Assembly (NCBI GenBank): GCA_965364395.1
Contig: CBDTXE010000003.1
Coordinates: 1 to 34,441 of the forward strand
Direction of reading: 5' to 3'
DNA: 34,441 nucleotides
Source of the DNA: an uncultured bacterium
GTDB lineage: Bacteria > Patescibacteriota > Saccharimonadia > UBA4664 > SCTI01
The translations under genes and the position numbers were made by a program. The notes below the pieces were generated by a model. It did not search any database, was not told where the DNA came from, and saw only the letters and a list, made by a program, of their open reading frames with translations. Positions 17,604 to 25,469 of the stretch are shown here, in pieces; the stretch's first letter is position 1, and the number at the start of each line of letters is the position of its first letter.

Positions 17604-18674
17604 CTATCCACCTTTACGATAGTTTTTATCTCGCACAACATGGTTAATGTGCTTCTGTAAATTTTTATCACTTTGTTTACGTTCAAATGCCAAATTGTCA
17701 TTAGCTTTTGCGTTTAAGAAGCGTAGTTCTTTTTGAAATTTGTGATATGAATCAAGCCTGCTTTTATCTAATGTCCCGGATTTTGTCGCATTCAACACCG
17801 CACAATTGGGCTCTCCGGTATGTGTGCAATCATTGAACTTGCAAGATCGAGACAACGCTTCAACATCACCAAATACTCCTGCGAGATCATCTTCCGTTCC
17901 CCAGAGTTGCAATTCCCGCAAGCCAGGGGTATCAATTACAAGCCCGCCACCGGGCAAGATGAACAGTTCCCTGTGGGTGGTCGTATGCCTTCCTTTGGAA
18001 TCAGCTTCGCGGATCGTCTGTGTTGTCTGCCTGTCCACCCCGAGCAGGGCGTTTATGATAGTGGACTTACCGACGCCTGATGAACCCAAGAATATCGCCG
18101 TGCTGCCGGGTTGGATGGCATCGGCGATGTCGTCAATGCCATCCCCCAGCGCAGCACTTGTAACAATAATCCTTGCGTTTAATGCATTTAGCTTACGTAC
18201 CTTTACTGCAATATCAATTGCTTCATCAGATTTATTTAGGACAAGAATCGGCTCAACGCCTTCACTGTGCAGCTGGAATAAATACCGCTGTAGACGCTCA
18301 GGGCTAAAGTCATCGTCCAGGGCTTGTACTAAAAATGCCATGTCAACATTTGCGGCCAACACCTGTTTTGCGAACTGTTCGCCCGGTAGCTTGCGCCCTA
18401 TTTCGCTCTTGCGCGGGAGAACCGCGTGTATGATTGCGCGCTGCTGGCCAAGCGGTTGGACTGCGACCCAGTCGCCGACCTTTGGCATCTCATGCGGCTT
18501 TGATAAGTACTCTAAGCGCCCCGATACTTCAGCGGTCAATTCTTCTGGCACAGCAATCTTATAGCTTGCACCATAATCCGCGATGACACGGCCAGGTGTG
18601 AAACGCGACAAGCCCGCTTCATCCCAAGACTGCTTCAGGGTATCGTTCCAGCCTAGTTTAATTAGCGATTTCAT
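17604..18674 (-). CDS. rsgA: Ribosome small subunit-dependent GTPase A (long form)
   Basis: VGDWV, LNKSD, GSSGVGKSTIIN, GRHTTTHREL, DTPGLRE, zinc site CKFNDCTHTGEPNC. Confidence 0.95.
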   Translation of the reverse strand: MKSLIKLGWNDTLKQSWDEAGLSRFTPGRVIADYGASYKIAVPEELTAEVSGRLEYLSKPHEMPKVGDWVAVQPLGQQRAIIHAVLPRKSEIGRKLPGEQFAKQVLAANVDMAFLVQALDDDFSPERLQRYLFQLHSEGVEPILVLNKSDEAIDIAVKVRKLNALNARIIVTSAALGDGIDDIADAIQPGSTAIFLGSSGVGKSTIINALLGVDRQTTQTIREADSKGRHTTTHRELFILPGGGLVIDTPGLRELQLWGTEDDLAGVFGDVEALSRSCKFNDCTHTGEPNCAVLNATKSGTLDKSRLDSYHKFQKELRFLNAKANDNLAFERKQSDKNLQKHINHVVRDKNYRKGG

Positions 18675-18723
18675 TAGCTATATCTTATCAGGACAGGTAA
18701 GCCCGCTTATGACCTAAACGGGC

Positions 18724-18746
18724 AAAAAAAGAGCACTGAGGTGCTC
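18724..18746 (-). terminator. Intrinsic terminator after the tRNA-Phe/tRNA-Gly pair
   Basis: Minus strand reads GAGCAC-CTCA-GTGCTC followed by T7. Confidence 0.8.
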
Positions 18747-18760
18747 AATAATAGCCATAT

Positions 18761-18836
18761 TGGTGCGGGTACAGGGACTCAAACCCTGGACCTCTTCCTT
18801 GGCAAGGAAGCGCTCTATCAACTGAGCTACACCCGC
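18761..18836 (-). tRNA. tRNA-Gly(GCC)
   Basis: Acceptor GCGGGTG/TACCCGC, anticodon arm CTTCC-TTGCCAA-GGAAG, ends in ACCA. Atypical A19, U56 and A73. Confidence 0.95.
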
Positions 18837-18842
18837 ATATAT

Positions 18843-18918
18843 TGGTGGCGAGACTCGGACTCGAACCGAGGACACGAGGCTCTTCAGGCCACTGCTCTAC
18901 CAACTGAGCTATCTCGCC
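18843..18918 (-). tRNA. tRNA-Phe(GAA)
   Basis: Acceptor GGCGAGA/TCTCGCC, anticodon loop CTGAAGA, T-loop TTCGAGT, ends in ACCA. Confidence 0.95.
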
Positions 18919-18984
18919 GCATGGCGCGACTCCACGATAATAGCCCATAGCCAAGGCATTTTCAATTCCCCCAGGTTACATCAA

Positions 18985-19013
18985 TTGACTACATAAGCGT
19001 TATAAGGTATAAT
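18985..19013 (+). promoter_or_regulatory. Near-consensus sigma70 promoter for the 19071 gene
   Basis: TTGACT-17 nt-TATAAT. Confidence 0.75.
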
Positions 19014-19070
19014 ATGCATATTCAAGCGTAAGCTTGTACCCCTTGAAATCTAATCTGACCGGGAGGTCAT

Positions 19071-19775
19071 GTGTCTAGCGAGTATCGGCTCAAGCCGGGG
19101 TCGGCCAAGGCCGACCGAAATATCGCCCGCGTGACCATGGGCATGGCGCCCAGCGTGGTCTTAGAGCATGGCTCGGACTGCGCCGAGCTGCTGAAGGACG
19201 TGCCGCTGCCGCCGCATGTACGGCTGGAGGGATTCTTCGACTACTACTCCCTCCGCCACGCCGACCTGAAGCCTTCGCTGCATCTGGCGCTGAGCATTCG
19301 CATGCTGGACGAGGTCGTCGACTACGCCTGGCATCGTGGACGGGCAAACCCAGGCCAGCAGTGCAAGGCCCGCGGCGATGTACATGAGCAGATTCAAAGC
19401 AGCTGCCGCGACTACGGCACCGCCGCGCCGCTGGTCTGCCGCGCGGTAGCCCAGGCTTACCGACATGATTCGGGTGACCCCGAGGTCCGCAAGTTCTGGC
19501 GCGGCGTCGGCCGGGTCTACGCCAAGGTTCTCGCCGTGGCGCTCCGCGAGCTGGCCCTCATCCAGAAGCTCGAGACCATCGAACTGGCCGGCCCGGCCGT
19601 CATGGGCTGCATCGGCTTTGCCGAGACGATGTTCTCCACAGACCTGCCGTTGCTTGGTCTCCTGGAAGGGCTGGACACCGAGCAACCGCTCGGGCACCTA
19701 CGGGTCGTGGGCTTCAGCCAGCAGGGCGCCTGGAAGCAAGTGGGCGACGCCCACCAAGCCGCCAAGGCCTTCTGA
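19071..19775 (+). CDS. Stand-alone large domain of a glucokinase-fold protein; truncated paralog of 19918..21015
   Basis: Colinear matches to the next gene (LKPG/LKLG, LPPH/LPPR, EVVDY/NVVDF, YGTAAPLVCRAV/HGSVAPLMTRAV). Has a GGGAGG SD, its own promoter and a terminator. Confidence 0.75.
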   Translation: MSSEYRLKPGSAKADRNIARVTMGMAPSVVLEHGSDCAELLKDVPLPPHVRLEGFFDYYSLRHADLKPSLHLALSIRMLDEVVDYAWHRGRANPGQQCKARGDVHEQIQSSCRDYGTAAPLVCRAVAQAYRHDSGDPEVRKFWRGVGRVYAKVLAVALRELALIQKLETIELAGPAVMGCIGFAETMFSTDLPLLGLLEGLDTEQPLGHLRVVGFSQQGAWKQVGDAHQAAKAF

Positions 19776-19786
19776 TCTCAAGGGAA

Positions 19787-19813
19787 GGGGCGCGACGCAA
19801 GACGTCGCGCCCC
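19787..19813. terminator. GC-rich hairpin between the two kinase-fold genes
   Basis: GGGGCGCGACG-CAAGA-CGTCGCGCCCC, a perfect 11-bp stem. Confidence 0.7.
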
Positions 19814-19917
19814 AAACCGCAATAATTGATTTGTAAGTAGATTAGTACATAATATCGCCAGAGGGTCCGGCATGGTCGGGCCTTTGCTTTATACAACCTG
19901 CTACAAGGGAGGCCGGC

Positions 19918-21015
19918 GTGCCGAGTGGTACTCTGAAGCACCAGGTGGTAACGGGTATGACGGGCGCCATTGACATTGGCGCCACCAAGATTCTTGGCGT
20001 TGCCCAGTATTCCGGCCGGAATCCGTCAACGTGGCGGGCGGCTACGGCTGACTTTCAATCTTTCCGCTCTGTGATCACCGCCTACGTTCTGGCCTGCGGC
20101 GGTGACGTCCCCGAGGCGCTAGTGGTGGATGTGGCCGGCCACCGCGAAGGCAACATCTACCGGCTGACTAACGCCGACTGGCCCAGCTTCCGCGTGGATG
20201 ACATTGAGGCCGAGTTTGGCTGCCAACTGGAGATCTATAACGACCTGCAGCTGGCGGTCATCGGGCTGACGCATGCCAACCTCGACCGGTTGCCGGTCCT
20301 CAAGCTGGGGCTGATGCCGGCGTCCGCTGCGCAGGTTGGCGTGGCCACGGATTCCACCGGCGTCAACGACGGCGTAGGTATGGGGTCCGGGGCGGCGCTG
20401 CCGCTGGCGCGCGAGTCCGGCTGGATGATGCCCGGACTGCCGCCGCGCACCGAGTTGTCCGAGTTGCTGGCATTTGTGGACCGCAGCTGCATGCGGGAGC
20501 TGCACCGGCGAGCCGGGTGGGAAGACCTGCTGGGCGGCAAGGTTGGCGTGGAAAACGTCGTGGACTTTTGTATGGAAGGCCGGGTTGACTCCGTCACCAC
20601 GTCCCCCGCGCTCAAGGCTTTTGTGGCGGACTACCGCCGCCAACACGGATCGGTGGCGCCGTTGATGACGCGGGCGGTCATGGGGCTGGAGGCCCAGCGG
20701 GCAGTCAGGGGACAAGTGCTTCGCCTGATGGCCGCCTGCTCTGACCTGCATTCCGCGGTGCTGGGCTGGTATCTCAAGAGCTGTATCGAGGGCAACCAGC
20801 TGTCCGAACTGGCCGTGCAGGGCAGTGTCCTGGCAGGCACTCCCGGGTATGCCCAGCACGTCGCCCGTCCCGGAGGGCCATTCATGCAGGCGCTGATGGC
20901 GCCTAGCCGCAAGGTCTCCGTGACGGAGCACTGCCGCATCCTGCTGGTTCCCAACTCGGTCAACTTGGCCGTCATCGGCGGACTGGCCATGGCTCGCGGG
21001 ATGGCAAGGTTGTAA
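19918..21015 (+). CDS. Diverged glucokinase (Glk/ASKHA) family sugar kinase
   Basis: AIDIGATK (phosphate-1 loop), VAG, LTNADW, IYNDLQ (catalytic Asp), STG, ESGW (normally ExGH), WEDLLGG. GGGAGG SD. Confidence 0.8.
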   Translation: MPSGTLKHQVVTGMTGAIDIGATKILGVAQYSGRNPSTWRAATADFQSFRSVITAYVLACGGDVPEALVVDVAGHREGNIYRLTNADWPSFRVDDIEAEFGCQLEIYNDLQLAVIGLTHANLDRLPVLKLGLMPASAAQVGVATDSTGVNDGVGMGSGAALPLARESGWMMPGLPPRTELSELLAFVDRSCMRELHRRAGWEDLLGGKVGVENVVDFCMEGRVDSVTTSPALKAFVADYRRQHGSVAPLMTRAVMGLEAQRAVRGQVLRLMAACSDLHSAVLGWYLKSCIEGNQLSELAVQGSVLAGTPGYAQHVARPGGPFMQALMAPSRKVSVTEHCRILLVPNSVNLAVIGGLAMARGMARL

Positions 21016-21023
21016 GAAGAGAG

Positions 21024-21050
21024 GCGCCCCGGCCGTTATGGCCGGGGCGT
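21024..21050. terminator. Hairpin between convergent genes
   Basis: CGCCCCGGCC-GTTAT-GGCCGGGGCG. Confidence 0.7.
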
Positions 21051-21061
21051 AATTGCGTCTG

Positions 21062-22159
21062 CTAACCGCAGGCGATAGCGGAGTTGCTGTAGTGGGGGGT
21101 GTCGGTAACCTCGCGGTCGACTTCCAGGAAAGGCGGCAATGACAGGTTGTCGGCGGGGTCGTCCAGCTCGAGTTCCAGCAGCCAGCAGGCGCGCGCAGCG
21201 GGTTCCATGACCTCGTCCAGCTCGTAATACCGGTTGGCGTCCACAAAGTAGTGCCGGCGTTTGACTACAGCTTGGCGGCCGTTGTCGCGGCACGCCATGA
21301 GGCGCTGGTACTGCTCCAACGTGATCGTTACTTCTTCCTCGGCCCGAACCAGGCCGCTACCCTGTTTGCGCGTCCAGGTGTACCAGGTTCTGTTACCCGA
21401 TGTCAGGCGGCGGATGCGCGACTGGCCACTAGAGGAGTCGTAAAGGTACGTCTGCCGGATGTCGGCGCAGCGGGATTTGGTTAGCGGGGGCAGGGAAAAG
21501 TCCGGCGGCCGGCGTAGCAGGAACCGCCGCTCAACTTCCGTGCCGGACATAAGCGCACTAAGCGCGCGGACGGCAGCGGCCTCCTTGTCGGCAAATATGC
21601 GGGTCGCGGGGATGATGCGCAATTTTGGATGGCCGACGCGGCAGTCCAGCAGCAGCTGGTCCAAATCCCGTGCGCCGGCGGCGTCCTCGCGCCGCGCCGG
21701 ATTGTTGCCGGTGGTGTATGAGCCATTGAAGGCGGCGCTGCGGAAGTGCAGAACCGCGTCTGACTGGTGCCGCAGATCTTCCTCGCGCCAGCCGTTCTGC
21801 CGCAGAAACTGCTGGAATTCGTCGGGAGGCAGGTAGGCCTGGCATTCTATGGGGCCCCGGTCCGCCAGAATGACCCAGTCATATTCAGGCATGAGCTTGG
21901 CCTGATGGACGGCCGCGTCTAGCACGCTGAACCACACCCGGTGCCAGACCGACTGGACGCCGATACGCCGCTGCGGGTTGCTGCCAGCCACCATGGCGCC
22001 GTAGTCAATGCCGGCCTCGTGCCATAGGGTGGCCATTTCTGGGAGCGCTATGACGCGGCGCGTGTCAGGCATTAGCGCGGCAGCCATCGCCTCCACGGCG
22101 CTGGTTTTTCCCGATCCCGGGCCACCCGTCAGCTCCACAACCATAATTTGCCCAGACAA
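21062..22159 (-). CDS. P-loop NMP-kinase-like (AAA_28-type) domain fused to a CYTH domain
   Basis: ELTGGPGSGKTS, ADRG, NNPARRED, then the CYTH signature EVERRFLL, QTYL, RIRR, KRRH, LELE. SD AGGAGGAG. Confidence 0.88.
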   Translation of the reverse strand: MSGQIMVVELTGGPGSGKTSAVEAMAAALMPDTRRVIALPEMATLWHEAGIDYGAMVAGSNPQRRIGVQSVWHRVWFSVLDAAVHQAKLMPEYDWVILADRGPIECQAYLPPDEFQQFLRQNGWREEDLRHQSDAVLHFRSAAFNGSYTTGNNPARREDAAGARDLDQLLLDCRVGHPKLRIIPATRIFADKEAAAVRALSALMSGTEVERRFLLRRPPDFSLPPLTKSRCADIRQTYLYDSSSGQSRIRRLTSGNRTWYTWTRKQGSGLVRAEEEVTITLEQYQRLMACRDNGRQAVVKRRHYFVDANRYYELDEVMEPAARACWLLELELDDPADNLSLPPFLEVDREVTDTPHYSNSAIACG

Positions 22160-22254
22160 CGCTCCTCCTTTATGTCAATGTTCTGCAACACCAGCATGAA
22201 GAGAACCGCCCAGGACTATCTAGGCTAAATAAATTGACTCAAATGGCTGTGGCG

Positions 22255-22680
22255 CTAGGCTTTGATGGGCTCTGCCGGGGAGACCTTGGCGGCGCAGTGG
22301 GCGCAGCGTCCGGCGGCACGGGGAATTTCACTGAGGCACTCGGGGCACGGGCGGGTAGTAGGCTCGGGCGTTTCCTCGCCGCGCTTGACTCGGTTCATTA
22401 GCGCATTCATGGGCTTGACGACGCCAAAGAAGATTACGGTTGCCAGTATCAAAAAGGCAATTAAGGCGTTAATGAAGCTGCCGTAATGGATGGCGCTGCC
22501 ATTAATTGTTAAGGCTAGGCTGGAAAAGTCAGGTACGCCGCCGACGGCGCCGATCAGCGGGGTGATGACATCCTTGACCAATGAGGTGACCAGTGCGCCA
22601 AAGGCGGCTCCGATGACGACACCGACTGCCAGGTCGACAACGTTGCCGCGCATCAAAAACTGCTTGAATTCTTTTAACAT
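22255..22680 (-). CDS. mscL: Large-conductance mechanosensitive channel with C-terminal Cys4 motif
   Basis: MLKEFKQFLMRGNVVDLAVGVVIGAAF, YGSFINALIAF, tail CPECLSEIPRAAGRCAHC. Confidence 0.96.
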   Translation of the reverse strand: MLKEFKQFLMRGNVVDLAVGVVIGAAFGALVTSLVKDVITPLIGAVGGVPDFSSLALTINGSAIHYGSFINALIAFLILATVIFFGVVKPMNALMNRVKRGEETPEPTTRPCPECLSEIPRAAGRCAHCAAKVSPAEPIKA

Positions 22681-22701
22681 GGAAATCCTAAAAATTATTG
22701 C

Positions 22702-22778
22702 TGGTGGGCGATGAGGGACTCGAACCCCCGACCCTCTCGGTGTAAACGAGATGCTCTAGCCAACTGAGCTAATCGCCC
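22702..22778 (-). tRNA. tRNA-Val(TAC)
   Basis: Acceptor GGGCGAT/ATCGCCC, anticodon arm TCTCG-TTTACAC-CGAGA, ends in ACCA. Confidence 0.96.
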
Positions 22779-22857
22779 GGAAACCACTGGATCATAACAG
22801 ATAACCCATGCTTTTTCAAACCTTGGAGAAGCCGTCACAAACCATTAGCATATTTGT

Positions 22858-23616
22858 ATGAAGTCACTTATCGGCATACCCTGCCGCCGGATGAACATGG
22901 GCTTGCCGCGCTGGTATTCAACGCAGCAGGGTGTTATTGACCGGATTACCGAATCTGTGACCGCTGGGGGCGGCGTTCCGCTGTTCATCCCTTTGCTGGA
23001 GAGCGCCCGTGACATACGGCAGCTTTACGATGTCTGCCACGGAATTCTGCTTGCGGGGGGAGCAGATATTGATCCTCTGTATTACGGTGAGGAGCCGGAA
23101 GAAAAGGCCAAGGGCGTGGACCCCGCGCAGGACCGGATTGAGATTGCCATGGTTCAATGGGCGCTGCATGATAACAAGCCATTGCTGGGGATATGCCGAG
23201 GAATGCAAATAATGAATGTCGCCATGGGCGGTACCCTGTATCAGGATATCGGCCGGCACATTGAGACCGATATCAACCACGGCCTATCCGGTGAAGGCTT
23301 TGAAGAGAAGCCGGCTTTATTGGTGCACAACGTCGCGGTGGTGCCTGGGTCGCGGCTGGACAAGGTGATGAAGCCTGGACATGTAATGGTTAATTCGCTG
23401 CACCACCAGGCAATCAAGGAGATTGCTTTTGATCTAAATGTCACCGCGCGTTCGCATGACGGCGTGATTGAGGCGGTGGAGCACCGGAACCAGCCATACA
23501 TGGTGGGGGTGCAATGGCACCCGGAAGTTATGGAAGACCCCAGCCAGACGCTCCTGTTTGCCGACTTCTGCCACCAGGCACGGGGCGTTGCCAAGAGCGC
23601 TAAGCTAGGCTTCTAG
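22858..23616 (+). CDS. Class I glutamine amidotransferase / peptidase C26 (PuuD-like)
   Basis: LLAGGADIDP, LGICRGMQ (Cys nucleophile), VNSLHHQ, GVQWHPE. Confidence 0.92.
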   Translation: MKSLIGIPCRRMNMGLPRWYSTQQGVIDRITESVTAGGGVPLFIPLLESARDIRQLYDVCHGILLAGGADIDPLYYGEEPEEKAKGVDPAQDRIEIAMVQWALHDNKPLLGICRGMQIMNVAMGGTLYQDIGRHIETDINHGLSGEGFEEKPALLVHNVAVVPGSRLDKVMKPGHVMVNSLHHQAIKEIAFDLNVTARSHDGVIEAVEHRNQPYMVGVQWHPEVMEDPSQTLLFADFCHQARGVAKSAKLGF

Positions 23617-24450
23617 TAGTCTTAGCTGCGCCTCGAGCCATTGGGGGATGACTTGGCGCTCACGCCAAACCCACGGAATACCCTTCACAGCCATGGCGAC
23701 CGCGCGCGGGTTTCTAACGCACGTACCGAAGGTTTTTCTTGCCACTACGGCGCCTGGTCGACGCAGCCAGACCGTCCAAAGGTCATTGCGCGCGCAGATA
23801 TGGTTTCGGTTGCTTTGCCGCCCGCTCATTGACGGATAATGGTGGGCTACCATTGAATCGACGTAAGCTAATTGCCAGCCATTATTAACCCAGTCAATGG
23901 CAAGCAAGCGTTCTTCGCCATAGGTTCCGTAGCGGCTGTGAAAGCCGCCGACGTCCAGGAAGGCAGTGCGCCGAACAACAACGCCGCAGGCGATGAAACC
24001 AAGCAGCGCCGGTCCGGGACCTGAGTGACGGGCGGGTAACGGACTGCCGGCCATCACTTGGTTATTGGGATCGGGCCGATGGTTGGGGCCGACAAATATT
24101 TGGGCCTGAGCCAATGCCAGTCTCGGGTGGGCGTCAAAGACCCGGCAGGCCGTACTGATGGTTCCGGGCAAAAACCATGAATCATCATCGCAGAACGCTA
24201 CCAGTCTTGTGGTCGCCAGCTTGACACCGATGTTGCGCGCCACTGCTCCTAAGTTCTGGCTAAGCCGAATACATCGAATCTGCGGAAACTGGCTGGAAAG
24301 CAGCTCCGGCGTTTCGTCGGTTGACGCGTTGTCGATTACAATCACAGCCGGCCGCTCGGGCAAAGACAGTAGGTTTGTTAGGGTGCGCGCAATATCGTCG
24401 CGGCGATTGCGCGTTACCACCACTATCGTAATAGTTTCCGGAGTCTCCAT
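23605..24450 (-). CDS. Glycosyltransferase family 2
   Basis: IVVVTRNR, VIDNASTD, ARNIG, FCDDDS, YGEE. Confidence 0.92.
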   Translation of the reverse strand: METPETITIVVVTRNRRDDIARTLTNLLSLPERPAVIVIDNASTDETPELLSSQFPQIRCIRLSQNLGAVARNIGVKLATTRLVAFCDDDSWFLPGTISTACRVFDAHPRLALAQAQIFVGPNHRPDPNNQVMAGSPLPARHSGPGPALLGFIACGVVVRRTAFLDVGGFHSRYGTYGEERLLAIDWVNNGWQLAYVDSMVAHHYPSMSGRQSNRNHICARNDLWTVWLRRPGAVVARKTFGTCVRNPRAVAMAVKGIPWVWRERQVIPQWLEAQLRLLEA

Positions 24451-24522
24451 GGAATTGTTACTTTGCCATATATCGTCAAGGCTGACAACTGTAAAGCGGA
24501 CATGTATACTTTAGGAAATCGG

Positions 24523-24596
24523 GGCACCTTGGCGGAGTGGTTACGCAGAGGTCTGCAAAACCTTTTACACCGGTTCAATTCCGGTAGGTGCCTCCA
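24523..24596 (+). tRNA. tRNA-Cys(GCA)
   Basis: Acceptor GGCACCT/AGGTGCC, anticodon loop CTGCAAA, U73 then CCA. Confidence 0.95.
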
Positions 24597-24600
24597 ATTT

Positions 24601-24685
24601 GGGAAAGTGGTGGAATCGGTATACACGGCGGACTTAAAATCCGCTGCCGCAAGGCTTGAGGGTTCGAGTCCCTCCTTTCCCACCA
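24601..24685 (+). tRNA. tRNA-Leu(TAA)
   Basis: Acceptor GGGAAAG/CTTTCCC, anticodon arm GCGGA-CTTAAAA-TCCGC, long variable arm, ends in ACCA. Confidence 0.96.
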
Positions 24686-24705
24686 GTTAGCAGCAATTAT
24701 AGTAA

Positions 24706-24734
24706 AGCCTCGGCAAAGAGGCTTTACCGAGGCT
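24706..24734. terminator. Hairpin between the tRNA pair and a convergent orphan gene
   Basis: AGCCTCGGCAAAG / CTTTACCGAGGCT inverted repeat. Confidence 0.7.
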
Positions 24735-24735
24735 G

Positions 24736-25164
24736 TCAGTCCAACACCTCATAGCGTCGGTTTGATGTGTCGCCCGTAATCCTGGCGTCTCCGGTCTCGC
24801 GTTCGCTGGACAGCCGCCAGTAGGCGGCATCTTCAGCCGATACCTCGTCAGGGGCGCGGACTTGCATGGTGCGCGTTCGAGTGTCGATGACTTTGACATG
24901 GAATTCGCGAGAGCGGACTTGGCGCTGGAGTGTGGCGTTCATTTTGTCGCCAGGAGCGAGGATGAACGTGTCCTCAACACCTTCAGGGCGCAAACCCTCG
25001 CGGTTGATGTTCTTCATGTCGTTCTTGCGGACACGGGTGCGAAACTCCAGTTTGCCGCCTTCGAGTTCGGTTCGACCGACGACTTCCGATTGCTCGAAGG
25101 GGTGGGTGTTGGGCAGGCAGACGTGGTCGCCAACCTGAACCGTCGCTGCTGCGTACCAACCCAT
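24736..25164 (-). CDS. Hypothetical beta-rich protein (142 aa)
   Basis: GGAGG SD before ATG 25164 (MGWYAAATVQVGDHV). GC3-rich codons. Confidence 0.7.
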   Translation of the reverse strand: MGWYAAATVQVGDHVCLPNTHPFEQSEVVGRTELEGGKLEFRTRVRKNDMKNINREGLRPEGVEDTFILAPGDKMNATLQRQVRSREFHVKVIDTRTRTMQVRAPDEVSAEDAAYWRLSSERETGDARITGDTSNRRYEVLD

Positions 25165-25330
25165 TGGCTTCCTCCGGTATTGCGGGGAGCGGGGACAGCA
25201 CTGTTTTAGCATTTGATTGTCCCAAAAGCAAATCCTTGCCTGGCCCAATTGATTTAAAAAATATGAAGTTGTATACATCTAAAAGTGCGCTTACGCGTAC
25301 GGTACCTGTTCATCAAGGTCAGGAGAGGCC

Positions 25331-25468
25331 TTGCGCATCAAAGAAATAGCCCTAGGGGTGGAGGCAGCGCTGTCTCTGAGCGGGCCCTACAAGAAGCGGC
25401 GCGAGGCCAGGGCCGCCCAGGTGCCAGTGCGGCCACCTCTGAAGCCCGGCAAGCGGAAGCCCTGCTGA
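25331..25468 (+). CDS. Small basic 45-aa ORF (MRIKEIALGVEAALSLSGPYKKRREARAAQVPVRPPLKPGKRKPC), absent from the ORF track
   Basis: AGGAG SD 5 nt before TTG. Stop TGA lies 1 nt before the ATG at 25470. Confidence 0.5.
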   Translation: MRIKEIALGVEAALSLSGPYKKRREARAAQVPVRPPLKPGKRKPC

Positions 25469-25469
25469 C

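Noticed and set aside
18741-18954. Short ORFs over tRNA loci (also 24423-24690 and 13083-13400)
   Set aside because: They overlap well-formed tRNA genes and are translation artefacts.
20119-21246. 375-aa minus-strand ORF and other long antisense ORFs (e.g. 17806-18564, 25338-25949, 27995-28684)
   Set aside because: These are shadow frames of GC-rich genes with clear motifs or signal peptides on the opposite strand.
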